A stretch of 64,000 nt of DNA from a virus (IMGVR_UViG_3300033153_004214:1-64000); one strand, 5' to 3'; positions 34,018 through 41,767 are shown, numbered from the stretch's first letter. The notes: generated by a model not told the origin, from the letters alone. Numbers and translations are program-made.

Positions 34018-35082
34018 GTGAGTAGTGAGATCATGGGTCAGAGGTTCATCAGCCGCGTTCGCCCCGCATGGCACGACCTTGGGACGCTCTTCCCCGAGGG
34101 CGAGAAGCTCACTGCTTCGGAAGCCGCCAAGCGTGTGGCCGGTGACATCCAGATCGTGAAGGCCCCGTTGTCGTACTCGTTCAACGGGGAGGTCAAGCCG
34201 GTGGACAAGCAGGTCGCCATCGTCAGGCTCCCCACGCCCGAGCAGAAGGAGCCGATGGTCTTCGGCGTCGTCAACGACAAGTGGAAGGCCGAGACGTACC
34301 CCGAGTTGGCCAAGGCCCTCGACAAGCTGAGCGAGACCTACCGCGTCGAGACGGCGGGTCTCCTCAAGGACGGTCGTCTCTGCTTTATCGGGTTCAAGGG
34401 TCCCGAGTGGGACGTGAACGGAGACCCCATGGAGAGTTGGTTCACCGCGAACCTCTCCCTGAACCCGGGTCAGGGCCACCGTGTCCTGCATAGCCCTGTC
34501 CGCGTCGTCTGCTTCAACACGAACAACGCCGCTCTCCAGCAGTCCTCCCTGAGCCTCTCGATCCCGCACGCCGCCGACGCCAAGCAGCAGATCGGCATCG
34601 CGGGCAATCTTGTGGCGCGGTTCGCTGAGGCTCAGGAGAAGACCAAGGAGTTGTGCGAGGCGTTCGCCAACAAGACCTGCACCATCGAGGAGGCCAAGAC
34701 CATCTTCGAGGTCGCGTACCCCGAGCCGACGCTGCCCAGAAAGCTGCAGGTCATTCACAACATGACCGGTGGCTCCGAAGGTTCCGAGATGTTCAAGAAG
34801 TCGCTCGATCCCAACGCTCTCGACTCGATCATCAAGGCCGAGGAAGCTCACCAGAGGGCGACGGAGCGGGCAGTGATCCTGCGGGACACGGCGCTCAATA
34901 GGTACCACGCCTTCGACCCGGCGCGGTTGCGCGGCACGGTCTGGGCGGCGTACAACGCGGTCACCGAGGTGGCCGACTGGCGCGAGGGGCGGGATTCGGC
35001 GGTCTCGTCGATGTTCGGCAGCAGGGCCAAGGAGAAGAACAGGGCGTTCACGCAGGCCATGACGCTCGTGGGCGCGAACTAG
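34018..35082 (+). CDS. DUF932-like phage/plasmid protein
   Basis: Contains RPAWHDLG, GVVNDKW, GLLKDGRLCFI and VRVVCFNTNN, which resembles the DUF932 family as I remember it. The region is high in GC. Confidence 0.45.
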   Translation: MSSEIMGQRFISRVRPAWHDLGTLFPEGEKLTASEAAKRVAGDIQIVKAPLSYSFNGEVKPVDKQVAIVRLPTPEQKEPMVFGVVNDKWKAETYPELAKALDKLSETYRVETAGLLKDGRLCFIGFKGPEWDVNGDPMESWFTANLSLNPGQGHRVLHSPVRVVCFNTNNAALQQSSLSLSIPHAADAKQQIGIAGNLVARFAEAQEKTKELCEAFANKTCTIEEAKTIFEVAYPEPTLPRKLQVIHNMTGGSEGSEMFKKSLDPNALDSIIKAEEAHQRATERAVILRDTALNRYHAFDPARLRGTVWAAYNAVTEVADWREGRDSAVSSMFGSRAKEKNRAFTQAMTLVGAN

Positions 35083-35095
35083 GAGGGGGAAGGCC

Positions 35096-35127
35096 GGGAG
35101 GGGGATCGAGGGGTCCCCCTCCCATTT
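35096..35127 (+). terminator. Hairpin GGGAGGGGGA-loop-TCCCCCTCCC followed by ATTT
   Basis: A 10-bp perfect stem was read directly from the sequence. The short T run after it makes terminator strength uncertain. Confidence 0.4.
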
Positions 35128-35137
35128 GGAGGACCGT

Positions 35138-35572
35138 ATGCACTGGACGAAGACAAGATTGAAGGACGAGGTTGAGCGACTCCGGGCGCTCGTTAGTGAG
35201 CGGCTGCGGTGTGCGCTTGATGATGAAAACGAAGAGGAGGTGAACAACACTCTGACGGAACTGGTTGCACTTTCCACAGAGCTTCATGCCGGGCAGGCTA
35301 ACTGGAAGATGCTCCTGTCGAGCCCTGATGACGGTGCGCTCCTGAATGCGGAGCGTGAGAGAGTGCTGATAGACGGCCCCGCAGAAGTCCAAGCCGCTAC
35401 GGGGAAGTATGCGGCGGCGAAGGCTCAGTTGCAACGTGCATCGGGCGGGGCCGCTGTCGGGTCAGCGATTGCCCGGGACGTATTCAATTCGGCCAAGGCG
35501 GAGCTTGATGAAGCCCTCACGAAGTACATGAGGCCCATCACCGAACTTCGACGACTGGCCATGGAAGAATAG
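35138..35572 (+). CDS. Hypothetical coiled-coil protein
   Basis: SD ggagga precedes ATG 35138. The sequence is helical and rich in heptad-like repeats. Confidence 0.45.
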   Translation: MHWTKTRLKDEVERLRALVSERLRCALDDENEEEVNNTLTELVALSTELHAGQANWKMLLSSPDDGALLNAERERVLIDGPAEVQAATGKYAAAKAQLQRASGGAAVGSAIARDVFNSAKAELDEALTKYMRPITELRRLAMEE

Positions 35573-35597
35573 TCGTTCCCTGTGAAAGGGGGAAGTC

Positions 35598-36242
35598 GTG
35601 GACATCGCATCGTTGGTGAAGTGTCTTACCACATGCGGGGACGCGGGGTACTGCGAAGCCGTGCGGATCGGGATGAACCGTCTCATCCGCAGTGGCATCA
35701 GGGGCATCGCTGGCCTCATGGAGGTTGATGACTTGGAAGCGGTCAGGGCGAATCTGCCTGAGGGTGTCATGCTCTTGTCGGAGGAGGATGCCTTCGCGCA
35801 TCTCGAAGAGCTTCTCGGGGCAGGCGAAGTCCGCGCCCTTAGGCGCGTGCTCGGGGAGCGGCAGGAAGTCCACGATGCGGTCAGGGCCGTGCGCAAGAAG
35901 CAGGCCGCTCGTTACGTCTGTTCCCGTTGCACCGGTCTCATCGAGAAGATGCCCGATGACGGCATGCTCATCTGCGCGGCTTGCCGCGCCGAGCTTCGTG
36001 ACGAGGCCCAGAGCCAGAAGCGTGATCGCTTCGAGGGGGCGTACAGCGACCCGGACAACCTCTCGGACGAAGCCTTGGCTCCTGAGGTTGCTGGCGTTGA
36101 TCTCGCAGATGAGGACACCGAGTCCGAATCGGTTGAGCAGATCGTCGAGAAGACGGATGAGGCTCCTGACGGCCCGCCACCTCCGCCGGAGCCTTCGGAG
36201 GAAGACGCTTCGGTGCCGCCCGCCGACCGCAAGGTGGACTAG
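35598..36242 (+). CDS. Hypothetical zinc-ribbon protein with a strongly acidic, Pro-rich tail
   Basis: Contains CSRCTGLIEKMPDDGMLICAAC and the C-terminal DPDNLSDEALAPEVAGVDLADEDTESESVEQIVEKTDEAPDGPPPPPEPSEEDAS. GTG start follows SD gggggaag. Confidence 0.5.
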   Translation: MDIASLVKCLTTCGDAGYCEAVRIGMNRLIRSGIRGIAGLMEVDDLEAVRANLPEGVMLLSEEDAFAHLEELLGAGEVRALRRVLGERQEVHDAVRAVRKKQAARYVCSRCTGLIEKMPDDGMLICAACRAELRDEAQSQKRDRFEGAYSDPDNLSDEALAPEVAGVDLADEDTESESVEQIVEKTDEAPDGPPPPPEPSEEDASVPPADRKVD

Positions 36243-36300
36243 CCCGGCTGAACGGAGGAGGTGTCCCATCAGTAAGAGCACTGCCAAGGAAGTTGGGCTT

Positions 36301-36522
36301 ATGCTCAGGTCCCAGCGGAAGGCACGGTCCATGTCACAGACCGATCTTTCGCAGATCACTGGAGTGCCTGTCTCTCAGATCAGTCGGTTTGAGCACGGGC
36401 TGCTGGCGTTCAAGACGGAGATGCTTGCGAAGTTTGGCAAGGTCTTTGGACTTCCTCCGTTCTTCTTCTTGATGTCCGAGAGGGAGTGGACCCAGTATCA
36501 GGCGGGACAGGGAAAGTTGTAG
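36301..36522 (+). CDS. Small XRE-family HTH regulator
   Basis: Contains RKARSMSQTDLSQITGVPVSQISRFEHG. The N-terminus may extend to an ATC at 36268, 6 nt after a strong GGAGGAGG. Only the last ~74 codons of the listed 276-aa ORF look real. Confidence 0.6.
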   Translation: MLRSQRKARSMSQTDLSQITGVPVSQISRFEHGLLAFKTEMLAKFGKVFGLPPFFFLMSEREWTQYQAGQGKL

Positions 36523-36528
36523 AGATGA

Positions 36529-36564
36529 GGGGCGGTGGCTTCGGTCACCGCCCCTGTTTCTTTT
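36529..36564 (+). terminator. Rho-independent terminator
   Basis: Hairpin GGGGCGGTG-gcttcggt-CACCGCCCC followed by tgtttctttt, 7 nt after the stop codon. Confidence 0.75.
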
Positions 36565-36683
36565 GGTGGGGTGCCACGGGTGCGGGTCCGATTCGCTTCG
36601 TGAAGGACATTGGTCTCTACGCTTTCAGCAGGGGGCGTGCGACGTGATGGTGTTTCGGATTAAGAAACGAAAGGCGTGGGCGC

Positions 36684-37130
36684 ATGTCTGACACTCCTGC
36701 GGTTGAATTGCCGTCCATTTCAAAGGCCATCGCTAGTGGCTACGGGTGGCAACCGGTGGTAGGCTATGAGGGTATATACGAGGTTAGTTGGTGCGGTTGT
36801 GTGCGGAGGATTGCAGGTGGTAGGGGTACTCGGGTCGATGTTCATCAAGGTAGATGTATCAGGTCTTTCCCCGGTGCTGGTAAGTCGAAGCTCTATCGTC
36901 GGGTTCAGTTGTCCCACAAGGGTGTCAGAAAGACCATTCCTGTTCATATCATGGTTGCTGAAGCATGGCTTGGGCCTCGGCCTGAGGATGAGTTTGGGAG
37001 GTATGAGGTTCACCATCGGGACAATGACATCTCGAACAACTGTGTGTTTAACTTGGAGTACATCTCGAAGGAAGAGAATATGAAAGAGGCATGGCACAGA
37101 TACATCACAAAGGGTGATCCGAGTGGGTAA
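36684..37130 (+). CDS. HNH homing endonuclease (second copy, NUMOD4-like N-terminus)
   Basis: Contains WQPVVGYEGIYEVSWCGCVRRI, VHIMVAEAWLG and YEVHHRDNDISNNCVFNLEYIS. Confidence 0.8.
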   Translation: MSDTPAVELPSISKAIASGYGWQPVVGYEGIYEVSWCGCVRRIAGGRGTRVDVHQGRCIRSFPGAGKSKLYRRVQLSHKGVRKTIPVHIMVAEAWLGPRPEDEFGRYEVHHRDNDISNNCVFNLEYISKEENMKEAWHRYITKGDPSG

Positions 37131-37147
37131 ACGGCACTTGAGAAAAT

Positions 37148-37162
37148 TTGCATTTTTTGCAA
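37148..37162. promoter_or_regulatory. Palindromic operator candidate TTGCA-ttttt-TGCAA
   Basis: Perfect inverted repeat, 8 nt upstream of the -35 element at 37171. Confidence 0.5.
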
Positions 37163-37170
37163 ATTTGTTC

Positions 37171-37198
37171 TTGACTCATACGGGCCATGCGGTATGCT
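37171..37198 (+). promoter_or_regulatory. Sigma70-type promoter TTGACT-16-TATGCT
   Basis: It lies in the 102-nt gap before the gene at 37233, in a TTTGTTCTTGACTCATACGGG context. Confidence 0.6.
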
Positions 37199-37232
37199 AT
37201 CTGTAATGGCAGTCGTATGAGAGGAGACGGCA

Positions 37233-38687
37233 ATGGGTTGGTTCGAGGTCTCGAAGTCAGGTCTCAAGCAGTTGATGGATGGAAAGGACAAGAGCTACGT
37301 ATTGCGCGAGCTTATCCAGAACGCATGGGATGAACCGGGTGTCACCACGGTGCATGTAGAGATCGAGCCGATTCCGGGTAGGCCCGCTGCCACCGTCAGG
37401 GTCGAGGATGACGCCCCTGAAGGTTTCCATGACATTTCGCATGCTTATACGATGTATGGCAATACTCGGAAACGGAAGGACCCCTCGAAGCGGGGTCGTT
37501 TCAATCTGGGTGAGAAGCAGGTCCTCGCACTGGCCCGGGCGGCAACCATTCAGACTACGACTGGTACCATCTTTTTCAAAGAGAATGGTGATCGTAGTCG
37601 TGGTCGGCAGAAGACCGAGAGTGGTTCCATCTTCACTGCCGACATTCCGATGATCCGGGCTGAGATTGACGATGCCATTAAGGCAGCGAAGGCGTTCATC
37701 CCTCCTGAGGGTATGGCCACCACGGTCAACGGTTTTTTGCTCACGAAGCCCAAGCTGGTGGCGTCAGTCTCGGCGATCCTCCTTACTGAGTTCGAGAACT
37801 CAGATGGCCAGTATCGCTCGACTCGTCGCAAGACCATGGTAGATGTCTACCAGCCCCGCGAGGGTGAGAAGCCCATGATCTTCGAGATGGGCATTCCGAT
37901 CATCGAGCTTGAGGGTGGCGACTGCTACCACTACGATATCCAGCAGCGCGTGCCGATGACCACCGACCGGGACAACGTTCGCCCGAGCTTCCTGCAGGAT
38001 GTCAGGGCCGAGGTCCTCAACAAGGTCGCGGATAAGCTTTCCGACGAGCAGGCCCGGGAGCGGTGGGTGACTGAGGGCATCGAGGACGACCGCATCCAGC
38101 CTAAGGCTGTCAAGTCGGTCGTGACCAAGCGGTTTGGCTCGAAGGTCGTCACGATGGACCCCAGTGACCCCAACGCCAATGATGAGGCCATCTCCAAGGG
38201 GTTCACGGTTGTGCCCGGCGGTGCGCTTTCCAAGAGCGCGTGGGGCAATGTCAAGGAAGCCTCGGCCATCCCGTCATCGTCCAGTCTGTTCGGCAAGGTC
38301 TCGGTTGGCGCTACCCCGATCCCTGAAAGCAAGTGGACCCCCGAGATGCGCCGGGTTGTCAAGCTGACTCGGCGCGTGGCGAAGGTGTTGGAAGAAGATC
38401 AGCCCTTCATCGAGATCGTCAGGTCGAAGGCTGACGGTATGGCTTATTGGAGTGGTTGCACGATCACCTTCAACCTGACTCGGCTCGGTCGCAGGTGGTT
38501 CAGGGTCGAGAACACTGAGGATCAGATTCGCATCATCGTTCACGAGTTGGCGCACCGCTATGGCCACCACGTCGAGTATTCGTACCATCAGGCGCTCTGT
38601 CGGTTCGCGTCCAAGTTGGCTCTCGCAAGCCCGGGTGCTGTGACCCGTGGCATTACCAGTCACATGAAGCAGAAGGCGATGGTGTAA
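37233..38687 (+). CDS. GHKL (Bergerat-fold) ATPase-like protein with a C-terminal HExxH motif
   Basis: Has an N-box LRELIQNAWDE, a G1-like VRVEDDAPEGF, a G2-like RGRFNLGEKQV, and the C-terminal IIVHELAHRYGHH. Confidence 0.55.
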   Translation: MGWFEVSKSGLKQLMDGKDKSYVLRELIQNAWDEPGVTTVHVEIEPIPGRPAATVRVEDDAPEGFHDISHAYTMYGNTRKRKDPSKRGRFNLGEKQVLALARAATIQTTTGTIFFKENGDRSRGRQKTESGSIFTADIPMIRAEIDDAIKAAKAFIPPEGMATTVNGFLLTKPKLVASVSAILLTEFENSDGQYRSTRRKTMVDVYQPREGEKPMIFEMGIPIIELEGGDCYHYDIQQRVPMTTDRDNVRPSFLQDVRAEVLNKVADKLSDEQARERWVTEGIEDDRIQPKAVKSVVTKRFGSKVVTMDPSDPNANDEAISKGFTVVPGGALSKSAWGNVKEASAIPSSSSLFGKVSVGATPIPESKWTPEMRRVVKLTRRVAKVLEEDQPFIEIVRSKADGMAYWSGCTITFNLTRLGRRWFRVENTEDQIRIIVHELAHRYGHHVEYSYHQALCRFASKLALASPGAVTRGITSHMKQKAMV

Positions 38688-38917
38688 TGATGCTGGAGAA
38701 GGATGCCACTTCGGGCACGAAGCTTCACGCCCTGCTCATGTCCTGTCTGCTTGAGCGTCCCTTCGAGGAGACCTTGGGCAACATGGCAGGACAGTCCGGG
38801 GAGTGGTGGGACAAGAAGGCTGATGAGATGATTGGTATGCTGGGAGAAGCGGTCGTCGAAGGTATCTCTCGGCAGGATAGCATCGTTTCCCCTGAGAGGA
38901 GAAGGTTCAATGACTGA
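38687..38917 (+). CDS. Small hypothetical protein (76 aa)
   Basis: The ATG overlaps the upstream TAA. This is consistent with + strand operon packing. Confidence 0.35.
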   Translation: MMLEKDATSGTKLHALLMSCLLERPFEETLGNMAGQSGEWWDKKADEMIGMLGEAVVEGISRQDSIVSPERRRFND

Positions 38918-39146
38918 TTGGGAACCCCGGGATTCAGACATTGAGTGGGTGTGCAATCTCATCCGCATTCTCAAGGACGGGGGCGTGTGGGTTGCGCCTA
39001 TCATGGGTTTCTTCAATGTGGACAAGCAGGCTAAGACATTGACCATGACGCTCAAAACTCCTTCGCATGACGCGGAGATGTTCGAGCGTACCGTCAAGTC
39101 TTTCAAGGCGATTGGGTACGAAGTTATTGATAAGACGGGGGAGTAG
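38910..39146 (+). CDS. Small hypothetical protein (78 aa)
   Basis: SD aggaga precedes ATG 38910 (MTDWEPRDSDIEW...). Confidence 0.4.
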   Translation: MTDWEPRDSDIEWVCNLIRILKDGGVWVAPIMGFFNVDKQAKTLTMTLKTPSHDAEMFERTVKSFKAIGYEVIDKTGE

Positions 39147-39148
39147 TC

Positions 39149-39751
39149 ATGTCGAAGACCGCATACGTTTCCAAGAGGTTTCGCAAGGCCACGTTGGCAA
39201 TCATCGCGGACGCCAATGCCATCCTCACGGAGTACAAGGCGTTGGGCTATGACCTGACCCTTCGGCAATTGTACTACAAGTGCATCGCCCGGGACCTCTT
39301 TCCTGAGGAGTGGATCGATGAGAAGTACAACATCAAGCACGGCCTCGCGCCTGACACGAAGAACACCATCAAGAACTACAAGCGTTTCGGGAAGACCGTC
39401 AGCGAGGGTCGGATGGCTGGGCTGCTCGACTGGAGTCAACTCGTGGACCGGACGCGGCGGCTTTCCGGGCTTCGCCAGTACAGCAACCCTGAGAGCGCAG
39501 TGAACTTGCTGTCGCAGATATACCACATCGACATGTGGGCCAACCAGCCTTGTTACGTGGAAGCGTGAGTTGAGAAGGATGCGATGGTCGATATCCTGCG
39601 GCAGGAAGCGCATTCTCACGAGGCTGGAGTTCACATCATCCACCTCAGTGACCATGACCCTTCAGGGATTGACATGGTCGAGTTCTACTGTGATCCTCTT
39701 ACAAGCGACGAAGGCGATGGCGATGATAATCCGTGGATCAAGGAGGAGTAG
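39149..39751 (+). pseudogene. Spo11/Topo VI subunit A-like (5Y-CAP + Toprim) gene interrupted by an in-frame TGA at 39566-39568
   Basis: It has a 5Y-CAP-like LTLRQLYYKCIA. After the TGA the same frame continues VEKDAMVDIL...VHIIHLSDHDPSGIDM (Toprim E and DxD motifs) to TAG 39749-39751. The Toprim domain looks short or truncated. Confidence 0.5.
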
Positions 39752-39752
39752 T

Positions 39753-40238
39753 ATGGGGGACAAGAATCCTCACATCGAAGTTTCGGTCCCGGGGCAGCGT
39801 AAGGATTTCGAGAAGTGGATAGCTGAGCGGGGCGGTGTGCAGGTCTGGTCGAACGCTGGCCTGAGTAATCCGGGGGCATGCCTTGTGTTCACTCCGGCGA
39901 CCACTGCGGACGGAAAGCAGTATCCGAAGCCTCACTGGTCAGTGATACGAGGTCCTGTGGTCGAGGACATTGATTCCTTCCGGTTTGTTGTCAAGAATGT
40001 TGAGGTGGATCGTTTCAAGGTGAAGACGGCCCGGGGTCCTCAGGAGCTTCAGGTCAAGCTCACCAAAGAGTCCACCGACAGGGTGCGCAACCGTTGTAAA
40101 GCGGCCAAGGACAGATTGCAAAGGTCTGTCTACTACGAGTTCGATTATACGAGTCGGGAATGCATGATTTCCGTCCCGATCTTTGAGGGGGAGGATGAGG
40201 ACGGCATTGTGAAAGGGGTCGCACCTTGCACCACATGA
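39753..40238 (+). CDS. Hypothetical protein (161 aa)
   Basis: SD aaggaggag precedes ATG 39753 (MGDKNPHIEV...). The N-terminal 61 codons of the listed ORF 39570 are not supported. Confidence 0.5.
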   Translation: MGDKNPHIEVSVPGQRKDFEKWIAERGGVQVWSNAGLSNPGACLVFTPATTADGKQYPKPHWSVIRGPVVEDIDSFRFVVKNVEVDRFKVKTARGPQELQVKLTKESTDRVRNRCKAAKDRLQRSVYYEFDYTSRECMISVPIFEGEDEDGIVKGVAPCTT

Positions 40239-40636
40239 ACGACCGTTACCGAAGAGCATTGCTTCCCGAAGATGGCATGCCTGCCACGTCCCGACGAAAC
40301 GCAGAGTCGTTGGTCAAGATGCTCAACAAGCCTAATCATCTTGATCTGATCTTCAATGAGGAGCAAGAGCCTGAGGTCGTAGCCATGTGGACTTGGCCGG
40401 GCCGTGATCCCTTCGTGATGACCTTCAAGGGATTTGATTGGCAGGTTCACGGCTCCAAGAAAATGGCGCTCGATGCTTTCTTGTTTTTGATTGGTGCGGA
40501 CGACAGGAGGATCACGGATAGGATCATCCACCATCGTCCTGCTAACGAGGAGACTTTGTCCGTCATTAGGACAGGGAACTCATGGTTTACTGCGAGGGCA
40601 CTTGCTTCTGTGTATGAGCGTCTGCCAGAGGTCTGA
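40235..40636 (+). CDS. Hypothetical protein (133 aa)
   Basis: ATGA overlap with the upstream stop. No motif was recognised. Confidence 0.45.
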   Translation: MNDRYRRALLPEDGMPATSRRNAESLVKMLNKPNHLDLIFNEEQEPEVVAMWTWPGRDPFVMTFKGFDWQVHGSKKMALDAFLFLIGADDRRITDRIIHHRPANEETLSVIRTGNSWFTARALASVYERLPEV

Positions 40637-40653
40637 TTTATACTGGAAAAGTG

Positions 40654-40668
40654 TTGCAATTTTTGCAA
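40654..40668. promoter_or_regulatory. Palindromic operator candidate TTGCA-atttt-TGCAA
   Basis: Perfect inverted repeat and the third copy of the motif. Here it lies 45 nt upstream of the -35 element. Confidence 0.45.
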
Positions 40669-40671
40669 CGA

Positions 40672-40708
40672 AAATTTGGCCCAAATTTGCCTCGATTCGA
40701 GGCATTTT
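40672..40708 (+). other. Second palindrome AAATTTGG-c-CCAAATTT plus a small hairpin GCCTCG-att-CGAGGC followed by ATTTT
   Basis: Read directly from the sequence. It lies between the operator copy and the promoter at 40714, and could be a weak terminator or a regulator site. Confidence 0.35.
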
Positions 40709-40713
40709 GGTCC

Positions 40714-40742
40714 TTGACACAAAAATTTTTTCCGGCTAGAGT
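40714..40742 (+). promoter_or_regulatory. Sigma70-type promoter TTGACA-17-TAGAGT
   Basis: It lies in the 126-nt gap before the gene at 40763, in a TTTTGGTCCTTGACA context. Confidence 0.6.
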
Positions 40743-40762
40743 AGAACACTAGCGGGGGACAA

Positions 40763-41767
40763 ATGCCGAGACTTTCAGCCTCAATCGTGCGGAGATTCTC
40801 TTCGATGGTCGAGCTAGTCCATGTCGATCATGTTCAGCTTAACCTAGCCATGGTCATTAACCGTGAGCTACTACTAGGCGAACTTCCTGAGATTGCCAAA
40901 CGTCTTGGTCGGTATCATGTATCTGTTATTCCAGAGAAACGAAGACTGGTCTTACTTCGGTATAAGGAGCGCATGTCTGTCGCATTGGGTGAGTGCTGCC
41001 TGCCGGGTACGTTCGTTGGGTCGCTTGTGCTTCCAAAGGCTAATCGACCAACGTTTCTTGAACGGATGCAACAATACCGTGACTACTTTCGTAAGGCTGT
41101 TACCAAGCTGAAAAAGTCATGGGCCGAGTTGACTGCGGAAGCTAAGCATGTCGCAAATGATCTTCTTCATATCCAGTATGCGAAGACCAAACCAGTCCAC
41201 AGACATCCTGACCTTAATCGAATAGCGCATAGGTTCTTGGGTCAGTTTGCAGAGCGTGTCGCAGAAGGTCCTGCGGTCGTCTTGCCTACGTGGACATTCT
41301 TTCAGGTACCCATGGCTTCTTCTAATAATCATCAGTTGGTTGGCTATCAGTCTCTTGACATCCGATTACGTCAGCATCTTTGCGAATCTCATGCTTCAGC
41401 AATTGACTACGTCAAGCAACAACTATCTTACGCTGTTGGTCTCGACCTAACAGCGTATGCTGCTCCTAAGGACTTTAGGAATAGGTACGTCACCGCTTTT
41501 ACCGGCTTCCAGATCGATCTTTGGTGGCAGTGGTTCGAGGTGTTCTGTGATGAGTACATGATGGATGTCCTTTCTTCTCTTGGTGGGAACTGGGAGGAAT
41601 TGCGAAAGCACGCTCGCAGCAAAAAACAACTTGTGCCCGGTGGGCGTTTGGCTATACTGAAGGACATTACACAGAGACTTCGGGGTTCCTGTGTGGAGGC
41701 GTTGCAAAAGCTGGCATCGCATCCAGCGGTTGGCTCACCTCCGATCACTAGCGGTGGGGTGAAGTAG
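40763..41767 (+). CDS. Hypothetical protein (334 aa)
   Basis: SD gggggac precedes ATG 40763. It is the first gene after the promoter. No motif was recognised. Confidence 0.5.
   Translation: MPRLSASIVRRFSSMVELVHVDHVQLNLAMVINRELLLGELPEIAKRLGRYHVSVIPEKRRLVLLRYKERMSVALGECCLPGTFVGSLVLPKANRPTFLERMQQYRDYFRKAVTKLKKSWAELTAEAKHVANDLLHIQYAKTKPVHRHPDLNRIAHRFLGQFAERVAEGPAVVLPTWTFFQVPMASSNNHQLVGYQSLDIRLRQHLCESHASAIDYVKQQLSYAVGLDLTAYAAPKDFRNRYVTAFTGFQIDLWWQWFEVFCDEYMMDVLSSLGGNWEELRKHARSKKQLVPGGRLAILKDITQRLRGSCVEALQKLASHPAVGSPPITSGGVK

Noticed and set aside
33973-35277. 434-aa ORF on the minus strand; similar long antisense ORFs occur at 35538-36359, 38660-39655, 44951-45568 and 45295-46023.
   Set aside because: They lie antisense to + strand ORFs that have recognisable motifs and SD sites. 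Their products are Arg/Leu/Pro/Gly-rich low-complexity sequences, typical of shadow ORFs in GC3-rich coding DNA. No minus-strand gene is needed to explain the region.
35692-36300. N-terminal 200 codons of the listed 276-aa ORF (35692-36522).
   Set aside because: This part overlaps the 35598-36242 gene in another frame and is Arg/Ser/Pro-rich junk. Only the C-terminal HTH portion, from about 36268/36301, looks genuine.
36565-36683. tRNA-like fragment (gggtccgattc resembles a T-loop) in the longest non-coding stretch.
   Set aside because: The flanking bases do not form a T-stem (gcggg versus cgctt), and no acceptor or anticodon arms can be drawn. No tRNA was called.
39566-39568. Genome-wide TGA-to-Trp recoding (genetic code 4) as the explanation for the in-frame TGA.
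   Set aside because: Several well-supported genes terminate at TGA (945, 8682, 19924, 25588, 47397, 50628), and all other large ORFs are intact under the standard code.
39570-39752. N-terminal 61 codons of the listed ORF 39570-40238.
   Set aside because: The TTG start has no SD and the sequence is Arg/Ser-rich. The region is better explained by the continuation of the Spo11-like frame; the real downstream gene starts at ATG 39753 after AAGGAGGAG.
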